From NCBI GenBank assembly GCA_045837725.1, contig JBEWZL010000121.1:1-64000 (forward strand): a stretch of 64,000 nucleotides of DNA. The letters run 5' to 3'. The translations under genes were made by a program, and so were the position numbers. Below, piece by piece: positions 53,906-64,000 of the stretch (positions within the stretch are counted from its first letter, which is position 1; every line of letters begins with the position of its first letter). The DNA is from Vermamoeba vermiformis. Lineage: Eukaryota. The notes below the pieces were generated by a model, which saw only the letters and a program-made list of their open reading frames with translations, made no database searches and was not told where the DNA came from.

Positions 53906-54567
53906 ATTATGACAGGCGGTCTATTGTGCTCGTTAAAGTTACAAATAATCAAATATATTTAGTCCATTGCCAATGTCCCTTTGACACGTGATTCGTTCTA
54001 AAAAAGGCAAACAAAAAGATAGAATCTCGTATTATCGATAAAATATCAAAGTTGGCGCTCAATAAGCAATAAGACCAAGCTAATATGCTACTATGGGCAA
54101 TGTCATTGCAATAATTGAATGTTTCCAAGCTAGATTCGTCAAATGATATCTACTATCACGGATTAACTATATATTTTACATTCTTACAGGCAAATAACGA
54201 AAAGTATTTAAATAGCTAAATAATTATTAGATGGATATGGTGTTCAATATTAATAATTATATTGAAATCTGAAATTAAATTAAATCCGGGCTTAACAGGT
54301 TAGTTTCGTGCAAGTAAAAACGCCCTTAACATTTTCAAAGATACATAATTATAAATTGTTAATTATTAAATACTCAAGCTTACGCTCAGGGTATCAACAA
54401 CATCCGTTTTTCCTTTTGATCTGGCCAATCCAATTGTTGTAGAGCTTTGGGGCTGAACATGATTGTACGCTCCACGTAGTTAAAAATAATGGCCTGCTGT
54501 GCACGAGAAAGAGTTTAATTAAAATTGTAACTTGGCAAACACATGTTTTTGGATTTTTCAAAACCCT

Positions 54568-56275
54568 CTAGTCAATAATAGATTTTTCAATTGATTCCGA
54601 ATATAATACTTCTGATCTTCGTTGCTCAATTTGTTCTAATATTTTGTGCATCCACTCAGCTTCGTCTTCAAATCCGTTGTGGTTTTGGTAAAACCTCAAT
54701 AATCGCTTGTAGCGCTCTTCAACATCGAAACCTACATTTAATATAAATATTAGTCTTAAACAATTAATACAGCTTATAGTATTTTGTTTAAATGGCGTAC
54801 CACAAGCGTATTGAAGTTTTCTTAGGTCGATCGGACATAGATGCATTGGCAACGCATCCGTCTCGTCCAAGTGATTGCATCCTTCCATTATACAGTCATA
54901 GTAAACGCTAATCAACAGATTAATTTGCGCGGAAATACAATTCATGTCCTCTCTTACCAATGCCGGATACCGAACATGTGGCTCAGTTCGTGTGTCATTA
55001 CCTAATATGGTAAGTCACTATCACCCGCGAGTTAGCATGACTTCTACCGTACCTTACAAGCTCTTCGTAATAGCAAGTGATGATCTTCGGGAGTCAATCG
55101 GCCGTGTTCTGCGAAGTCGTAAAACATCGGGATTGTAGCGCGCGAAACTGAACACGCCAGTACGATCAGCCAATGAGGCCTCGCCAAACGCGAAATTCCA
55201 TTGTTCATCAGGGTACAAGTCTTCCATCGTGACTGCATTAAGACTGAACGCTATCAATTTACAAGTTAGATCCATGGTCAAAAACACGTGTCCTGAAAAC
55301 ACTTCTAAGTCGCTTAATGAACGCACTGAAATAAATTCAAGAATGAAAAAGATGAAGCTACGCCATAAAAAATTGATTCGGAAAGTGTAACAAGGGTCAA
55401 CTTGACACGTGTCAAAAGGTTAAAGTCAATGTACCTGTCGGGTAATGATCCAACATCTTCTTTAACATGCGCAGTATATCTTTGGTGCATAATTGATTAT
55501 TGCCCGTCATATCGTTGTATCGTGCTGTGATTTTATGCGAGTGATTGTGAAGCGTCATAATCTACGCAAAGCAATTCAATAAGAATGAAATTCTCCACTG
55601 AACGGTACTTACGAATTCTTTTTCGGATTTCTCCGATAGCACTGCCTCATCAATCACGGTTACTTTAGTGCCAAAGAACGCTTCGGAGTACCTCCGCAGC
55701 ACTTCCAAATTTGGGGTTCTATTTCTGTCGAAGTGACCAATTGGCAAGATTAATAGCTCGTATTTATTAGGCGTCCTAAGATATATGAATTAATAATAAG
55801 TAATAAATTTGATAAATTTTAGCTTACAATTTGTTGCAGTCGGTCGCGACGTACTCAGCAAAAGTTTGGCCTTGAGTACGAGGTGCAATTGGATGATCTT
55901 TCGTTGGCTTTGCGTAATTAAATAAACTATGTTTCGGTTGAAATAATACTTCTTGAATTGGATCGATAGGACCTGTAGTAAAATCAAATAGCGGATCAGA
56001 TCTTGAAATTTCTTTGTTACTTCAGAAATTCAATACTTAATTAGTTCGTAGTATAAAATATTACCTAATGCATCTTTATAAGCTTCCTTTGGAAGGGCAG
56101 CCCCTGCATATTTAAATAAATGTGAGCGAGATCTTAAATACAAGTTTTTATTCTTTCAGAAAGACTTACGTCCATGCCAGGTGATCGTCGAACATTTTTT
56201 CTTGGCTAAGTATTGTATGGTACTCAGTTGTGAAACTAATCGTGATTTTGTACTTGAAATAAGTCGTGACAGCAT
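54568..56275 (-). CDS. Archaemetzincin (peptidase M54)
   Basis: DLYPDEQWNFAFGEA, GVFSFARY, HELSHMFGIRHC, CIMEGCNHLDE, LCPIDLRKL. Confidence 0.9.
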
Positions 56276-56465
56276 TGTGGATTCGATCCAAAATAAAAGC
56301 AGGAAGCAAATGTGGTTTAATTTGCGATTGCGAAGATTAAATGTCAATAAAAGCTTAATGTTGTAAAATCTGAAAGCATTAATGAATCGCTTAAAATAAA
56401 GGAAATTTGCTAAATTTTTTCTAAAATTCAATTTATTTCAGGATCCGATTTTGAAACTTTAAGCG

Positions 56466-57749
56466 TTACTTATCCTCTTCGCTATTATCATTCTCGCTAT
56501 CTTCTTCATCTTCACTACCATTATTATTAGTTCCTTCTTTTGCTTCTCCCTCGTCATCAGGCAAAATATTCATTTTTTCATCGTCGTCAGGCACGCCAAC
56601 TTTGCTCAATGCAATATGTTTGCAAATATCTTCTGAGCTCGGGATATAGATCTCTTCTTTGGCAGTCTCGAACTTATCAAAAAACTTGCCTTTAAAGTAC
56701 GCAAAATTTTGTTTGACGAACGGTGTAATGTCCTACATCCACAACAAAAAAATTGTTAAAATCATGTAACAACACTCTTTATAGCATATTATTGATTGTA
56801 TTGTGGTTATTTATTAATATGATATTTTTATAGCTATTATCGTACCTGAATATCGACAATCCATTGGCCACTAATGTACTCGGGCACATCTCGCAGACCC
56901 AACTGAACTGCTCGCCGTTGTAACTGAATAAAGACGTAAATAATAAGCGCTATTATAATATTACTATTAGTGCGTACTTTAGTGCCGCTAGGAGTATGAT
57001 CCGGATCCCACTGCAAGCGCACAGTAGTTTTTGACAAAGCTCGCTTAGCTTCTTTAGCGTTCTTATAGTAGCCTTAAAAGCTTTATTAGGGTCTAGTATG
57101 ATTTTAATATAACATATTTTAAGGCTTACCAAAGTCTCTATTTACAATACCGGCTCGTTTCAGAATAGTTTCAAATCCAGTACGCGTGATCCAGATGGCC
57201 AATATTCTTTCTTGATTATACTTCTCGGCCCATCCAGCTCTATACTTATACCATAAGTATCGCATTAATAAACTGAAGGACGTTGTTGACTCACCTGTAC
57301 ATCATCCACAGAAAATTCGTCTTGATCCAAGTCATACGCGTGTTACTAAAGCCAGGAGCACCAATGAACCTAGCAATATTACGATGTTATTAATATCAAC
57401 GTCTAGATTGCTAAATTTAGCCATACTTTTTGTTTTCTACTGCGTAATTCGCGATCTTCGCGTTGTAAGCTTGATAAACGACTATTGACTCGTCATCATA
57501 TTGAGCAAGTATATGACGACCTATTTTTGGCCATTTCTAACAAAAGTAGGCGTTAATCAAGGAGCCCGCCAGGAAATAAATTGAATAATTATTTTTTGTT
57601 TAATAACAGTAATGAGTATCATGGTATAGGACAATTATAACAAATTGTAATTATATTTTGCTACGATTAAAAATATTTACCGCTTTTTGCTCCTCCCAGT
57701 TGGCGGATTGAAACACCTTTTTCTTTTCTTCAACTTTGTTGCTTTCCAT
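56466..57749 (-). CDS. DUF4291-family protein with acidic tail
   Basis: ILAQYDDESIVVYQAY, RMTWIKTNFLWMMYRAGW, VRLQWDPDH, RRAVQLGL. Confidence 0.85.
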
Positions 57750-57953
57750 TGCAGTTTTATTCACCTGGTGTTGTATATAATACGTCGAGAATAAATGCAA
57801 AATAATCTTTGCACAAAACAGCGTGCAAATTGTGTTGATTGGTTCTTTACATTTTCGCAAGTCTAGATTTGCATCCAACCGCTTAAAATTTATCCTCCGT
57901 ATAATACAATTTATTCAAAACGAGGCATCGAAGTGTATAAAACAACGTTGTTA

Positions 57954-60515
57954 TTAATAAACAGTGGCCGTGTCGAAGATTTGACCTTTGTCGTCAACAG
58001 ATCGGAGGGTCATGTTTCGTTGACCGACATTGACTTGAATGAAATTTCTCTTATTGCCCTTGCTATCCAAGTACCAGAAGTCCGAGGGCTCGTATGAATT
58101 CACACCCCAAGCGCCGTCTCCGATGTACAGAGTGCCCTTTGGATCCTCTTTTCCACCGCGCAGCAACTTGGTTCGTTTGTACGAGTGCGAGTGATTTTCA
58201 AAGCCAACAGTCAAGTTGTACCTGGAAATATAGTGTTATTACACTTATATGTCAAGGTAATAAGTAATAACAAAAGCATTCAGATTTCTTTAACTGAATT
58301 TTGGATCGTGCATCCAGATGCGCTACAAAAACGGCATGTATTTCCAAAAATGTCCAAATTTAACATTACTTTGCAAAAATTTCATTAGTTCGCTACTTAC
58401 TGATCGAAGACAGGCAGCCAAGCTTCACGCACGTCGTCATTAAATGACGTGGAGGAGACAGCAGGATACAACGGCGCGTGATACAGCGCAGAAGTGAAGC
58501 GAATGTTCGACGGCAGTGCGGAGAATTTTTCATGCATCCACGGCACTTGCGACTGCGGCGATGAAATGATCTCGCTGTCGAGCGTCATCAGGAATAAATT
58601 GCCCAAATAGTACTCATGGTAGAACGAGCCGTTCAACTGCAAAGAAAACATGTTAGATTATTGCAACGTATAAATCTTTTCGTCAAAGAAGGATATCCCA
58701 AAAGTAGTTTGGTTTGACACGTGTCATGAATACCGTTAACTCGCATTGACTCAGTTTAAGATGACATGTTGACACGTGTCAAACTAAACTTTGTTTAGGT
58801 GCACCCGACACTAACAGAATTTTTGCAAATATCGTTGACACGTGTCATTGAAAAAGTGGATCGGGTGAAAATGAAGGAATTTAGTACTTACGCTAGTGTC
58901 AAAATAGTACTTGTAGAATGGCACGTCATCAATGTGCGCGTTGAAATTTCCAGCCTCGTGATTGCCAATAGCAGTAATCAATGGCACGGAATAACCTGTT
59001 GGGGTCACCATTGCTTGCGTGATGAACTCGAGCCACGTGTCCACACGCGTGTAGCAGCCCAAATAAGCGTCATCGTACGACAAGTCACCGCCAAAGGCAG
59101 CAAAATAAGGTTCGAACGATGCCGCTATTTTGAACATCTAAACGCGAGATCAGATCCACATCCACCGATAGAAATTTTTTGTTTGTTATATGAACGTACC
59201 TCTCGTGTAGTATCAGAACCACCGGCATCACCACCAGCTACAAAAGAGAAATCTCCGGTCATCGGAATTGTTCGGAACTTGATCTCCGTTGAAAAAGAAT
59301 TGTCGTTGGATTTGTCGCCTGCCACCAAGTAATAAGTGGTACCAGGTGATAAGTCCGTCAATTCAGCGGTATATAAATATCGCGGATATTCACTAATAGC
59401 TGGCGTAGGTTGTTGCTGAGCTGGAAAAACGATTCCATTGCCCTAATCCGGTAAAATTAATTAAATTTTTCGGAAAGGATGAATCGAACTTATTATGATT
59501 ACCTGAATAATAGGACTCGTGCTAATCTTAACGATGGGATCGCTATATTTTTTGCCAGTATGCACGAAAGCTTTGAACGAGGTCGATCCATTTGTTCCGA
59601 CTGTCAAATAAACAAAACAAGGCGTGTCCTTGCCTAAATAATAGCGTCAATACATGAATCCATTAATTTGAACTATTATAGTTGATTATAAGCTCTAAAG
59701 AACGCTTTGGTTGAAATAGGATAAAAAGATCAGATTTCGTACCGCTGCAGGGATCGTCGTAAAACAGGCGAGTGAATCGAACTGATACTGAAAATGGTTC
59801 TGAAGTGATGCATACGTGTTCAGTACCCCAGAATAATATGGCGTAGGTTCCAATAGCCAAGATAAACACCAAGATCTGAAAATGCGAAAGTTACCGTTAA
59901 AATTCCGAAATCATGTCTGATATTAATTTGATATATCGCGCATTATCTAATAATATATTATTACCAACTGTAAAAATAAGTATTATCGGTTATTGTTCAT
60001 AATTGAGAATCGTATTTTAAATGAAAATGAAACGTATGTCAATGTTAATACACGAGTTAAAAATTATAATATCGCGATATTATTATTATGGCAATTTTTA
60101 CCTGTGTCCAGTTATAGTTAATTTTACGATCTCCTCCATATTTTTCAGATTTGGGTGGCCCAATCAAGAATGAAACTTCTTCCGGGTCATCGAGTTCATA
60201 TGTACGCTTCTTGTATTTTCCCGAATGAATTCTGGTCAAAAATCGCAGCCAGATCCAGTAGAGCAAGAGATGCGCCACAAAAACCACCAGTAGAGCCACA
60301 AACCAAGGGATATATGAAAATACAGATAGCAAACCAATAATACAAGAGAATGAAATCGATAATAAGACGTAACATAACCGGATTAGCCAAGCTGGGCACC
60401 GATGAGCTAATCTGGTTCGTAAAATGACAAACAGCAAGAAGAATACCAACGTCGTGCCTACGACAATAGGCATTGTCTTCAGCAATTGCCGGTGCACGTA
60501 TGATAACCGTGCCAT
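57954..60515 (-). CDS. Membrane-anchored purple acid phosphatase-like metallophosphoesterase (N-terminal TMs, FN3-like domain)
   Basis: LTDLSPGTTYY, GGDAG, GGDLSY, GNHE, ALYHAPLYP, ENHSH, YIGDGAWG. Confidence 0.85.
58706..58790. repeat. Intronic ~85-bp fold-back (MITE-like) element with 21-bp inverted ends containing TGACACGTGTCA
   Basis: agtttggtttgacacgtgtca ... tgacacgtgtcaaactaaact, a 20/21 inverted match. Confidence 0.7.
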
Positions 60516-60605
60516 TTGTGCTCTTTTATCGATTCCAAAAGGAATAAAAAAATAGATCGAAACAAAGCAAAAAAACTCGTTGGGAGGCAAGAGATTACAC
60601 CGCTG

Positions 60606-61524
60606 TGTTACCGCCACTTCGAAACTGCGAAACCTGTCAACAAAACCGCTAAATCATTCCAGCCGGATCGAAACCGCACAACCACAAACAAAATTTTCTC
60701 ATTTTGAAAGTCTGAGGAGAAAATATAATAGTAATCAATGCATAGAGGGATAATTATAATTGACTAGTGAAAGTTGTAAGTGAGATCTTTTATCAAAAAA
60801 TTTAATTTCAAGATCTAGCTCTCCAACCATAGGAGAGCCAAATAGCTTCGTGCTCTGATTATGAATAATATATTGATATATATACCTATATATTTTTTGA
60901 GGTGCCCATCCGAAAATCCAGCTCCATCTGATTTTCAAACCGAATCTTCACTTCCTAATGTAATTTGCGTATTTTTAGTGGAACCAATGTTTGTATGTTT
61001 TTTAATATTGTTGGTATTCATCTGAAAAATCAAGGCCGCTGCCGTCGTTCGATCCCATCCGGTACCAGAAGATTGGTCAATTCACTCTGTCAGAAAACAA
61101 CAAATGAACCACTTTTTCAATTTTGTACAGTCCTACTATCATACTAATTATGCACGGCATTACATTGCATAATTTCCGTTTTTTGTTAAAAGAATTTTTT
61201 AAATGATTAGGGCCGCGAAAAATTTTTTTTCATTCTGGAGGGCGAAAGCCCCAGTGAGATTATTGAAAATCTCAATTTTTTAAACAACGCATCCAGTATC
61301 TAAATCGAGGGGAACGTTGATTGGATAGAGATATAAAAAAGGAAGGATGGATTTCTTACGAGTTATTTCACTGCCAGTGGACGATTGTCTTCTCTTAATA
61401 TCAATTGTGCGAAATTGATCAATATTCGAATTATTTTTTTACTTGTGGTTGTGCGGTTTCGATCTGGCTGAAATGATCTTGCCGTTTTGTTGACAGGTTT
61501 CGCAGTTTCGAAGTGGCGGTAACA
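60606..61524. mobile_element. Non-autonomous DNA transposon (Ginger/TDD-like ends): 82-bp TIRs, TGT...ACA termini, 5-bp TSD CGCTG
   Basis: 60606-60687 is the reverse complement of 61443-61524 with ~6 mismatches; CGCTG at 60601-60605 and 61525-61529. Confidence 0.85.
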
Positions 61525-61759
61525 CGCTGAAACTTAACCGTAATTTTTTTTTCGTGCAGTGTAATTTTTACCAACTCGTCGGTCCTCAACAAAAAGGCCT
61601 CGCTACGGTCATACCTGTTTTAAACCTTAGCCATCATCTTTTCACTGAAGATGCAGTGTAATTACAATAAAAATACGCGGACAGCATCTTGCTCCATCGG
61701 TTGCTAGTAATAGCCGCTAAATTTAACTCTTTAAATATTACATAAAATATTAATACAAA

Positions 61760-64000
61760 TCACAGCGTGAAGTTTTTGAACATTTTGAGCAGCAATGTTG
61801 ACTCGCTGTTAGACTTGGGAATATCCCACGGTCCTTCTTTTTGAGCGGACTAGATGAAATGTTCGATTAGTTAATCAATTATAATTTGGCTTGTCGTACC
61901 TCAAGTTGCTTTTGAACTTCAGGACTGAGTTTTTTGAAGGCTGAAGTCTTCGACACTTTTTTGAACCGATAAGAAATGAATTCTTCGCACGCTATTCAGT
62001 GAACATTAGTAACGATCTTAGACGTGTCTTATTTTGACAAATTGCATTGGCCGTCAGATTTAAAAGCACGAGGAATGTGACACATTTGACACTTTGACGC
62101 TTCCGAAATAATTTGGCTTTTTGACGTGTGCTCAAGCGATCAATTGGCATTTAAACTGACTTTTTTGACACTTTTGACACGTGTTACTTGCCTAACTTGA
62201 GTGTGCTTGACAACGAGAATAAATCGCACAACATGAGCACGAAACAGACTGTCTCGATGGATAGATGGTCGCGCAAGTATGACTCGACTACTTGCACTAC
62301 TGGCTTCTCGTCGTACATGTGGGCAATCCTAAAGTAAACGACGTTAGTTTTTCACAATTATTATTCGAACTTATAAATATTACCTTAACACGTCGCACAC
62401 AATGGACTCGTCGTCGATTTGTCTGGCATTGAGGTAATAGTACTTGATGAGGAAGAACATCGCTGATTAGAACTAAGTCAGTAGGGGCAATTTAACGGCC
62501 TTCAATTCGCTTACCGTCATAACTACAATTGTCTACGATGAGCTCTGCTGCATCTGACTCTTTGAATCCTCCCTGCACGACAACTGATTAGTAGCTGCTA
62601 TGGTTTTAAAGGTCGGAAATGACACGTGTCAAAGTGTCAAATAGATATCGTGACGCTTGAACCTGGTCTGACGTTGAGTGAACGCGGATAGATATTTTTT
62701 AACGTTGAAACTGACACGTGTCATTAAATATTTTTCACTTGTCAAAATGTCGTGCACTTACGTAATACATAGTTCTGAAATAAGCGCTGCGAGCACATAA
62801 GATCATCTTGTGACAAAAGATCTCTCGTTCAGTCTTCTTCGACTCTTTGACGACGATCTTCAAGTCGCTCAAAAAGTTCAAGTTGAGAAGTCGTTCGAAC
62901 TTTGGGTCAAATCCTTCAATAACGACGTTTTCTTGCTTCAATATCGGCAATAAATTAAATACTTCAAGTTTCATAATCGCTGGTTTGTATAAATCATTGC
63001 TAATGTTTTCGCTGTCCGTACCGCCGATTAGCGACATTTTTCCATATTTGGTAAATAACGTTTTGTCCAAGACGTACCGTTGAAACTTTCCAGTATAAAG
63101 ATATTTCATTATACTCAACACGGCGGGATAATTCAATGCGGATAAATCCATTTCTTTGTCGGTCTGAAAAAGCCGTTAAAAAAACTAATTTTTATTAAAG
63201 AAATTACGTACGGGTTTAATTTTCTCCATAAAACTTGGTAGTCTCGAGAATAGTACGGCCTCTATAATAAAAATATCAGTATTGAATACTCAAATCAAGC
63301 CAGCACTCACTGTGCACATAAATATTTCTATCGCCGGCTACTTTGAGTACCAGGTCCGAGTACTTCTCAACATCTAATAAATATGTTTGAATATCTTCGA
63401 CCTATTATACATATAATTGGTTATAAATATGACCAGGTAAGATACAGAAATTTCGGATTCGAACTTAAGTTTGTAACGTACTATATTTGCGTTAGCCTGC
63501 GGAATAACAATATTGCTGTGCGGAATAACTTTTTTGACCGGTTTGGCGGGCTTATTTTTCTTTTTCTTTTGCGGTTCAGCTTTCTCAGCTCGTCGTTTTC
63601 GAAGCATCCGGATGAGCTCGAATACGGCTTCATCAACGTTAATGCGAACCCTTGCTGATGTTGAAAAGAAAGGCGCTCCATATCTCTTTGCGAGTTGTTG
63701 ACCTTCTTCGAGTGAAACCATGCGATCTGAAGCAAAAATTAAATTTAGATCCTCGGAAAAAAAATTAAAAGTTACTTACCTTGTTGTAGATCGCATTTTG
63801 TTTCAATAATAACGATCGGTATTAATTGTTCGATAGTGTCTACATCTCTGGTGCGCATGACTCGTTCGATGATACGCGGGATCTCCTCAAAAGAGGATCG
63901 ATCTGTATGACTGTACGCAAGCTGCCGAAAATAATTAGTAAATATTTTAATATAATAGTATTTTGTATACAGAAAAATTTTCGATTAGCGAACTGCTTAC
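61760..64000 (-). CDS. Ras-like GTPase fused to two BTB domains (5' end outside the window)
   Basis: YSHTDRSSFEEI, TKCDL, STSARVRINVDEAVFELIR; then YSDLVLKV...IYVHRAVL and LSDLKIVV...IFCHKMILCARSAYFRTM. Confidence 0.85.
62618..62725. repeat. Intronic ~108-bp element bounded by inverted aatgacacgtgtca
   Basis: aatgacacgtgtca ... tgacacgtgtcatt inside a Ras-BTB intron. Confidence 0.6.

Overview
Gene-dense, AT-rich eukaryotic nuclear DNA with many short (mostly ~45-60 nt) GT-AG introns. Gene content suggests a free-living protist, probably an amoebozoan (inference). I can reconstruct about 25 protein-coding genes by hand. These include a ~9.8-kb gene made of ~17 tandem ~150-aa repeats, an MFS transporter, a Cdc123/R2K-like ATP-grasp protein with a ZZ finger and CaaX box, and a TMEM45-like protein. 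Also present: an ankyrin protein, a plant-style LRR receptor kinase with one exon per LRR, an NMNAT-like protein, an SDR, two small Gly-rich proteins, and a TMEM184-PH fusion with a duplicate of its 3' half. Further along are a Crinkler-like NTPase/nuclease-fold gene with a mitochondrial-type presequence, a degenerate CYTH protein, two F-box genes, glutathione reductase, three PA-domain 7TM paralogs, archaemetzincin, DUF4291, a purple acid phosphatase and a Ras-BTB-BTB gene. Non-coding structure includes a 919-bp TGT...ACA element with 82-bp TIRs and a 5-bp TSD, a family of intronic TGACACGTGTCA palindromes, a ~100-bp direct repeat pair around an orphan ORF, and two CpG-depleted islands. Scattered single-base frameshifts and poly-T tracts suggest residual assembly error. 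Exon boundaries and all counts are by eye; family calls come from motif recognition, not database searches.
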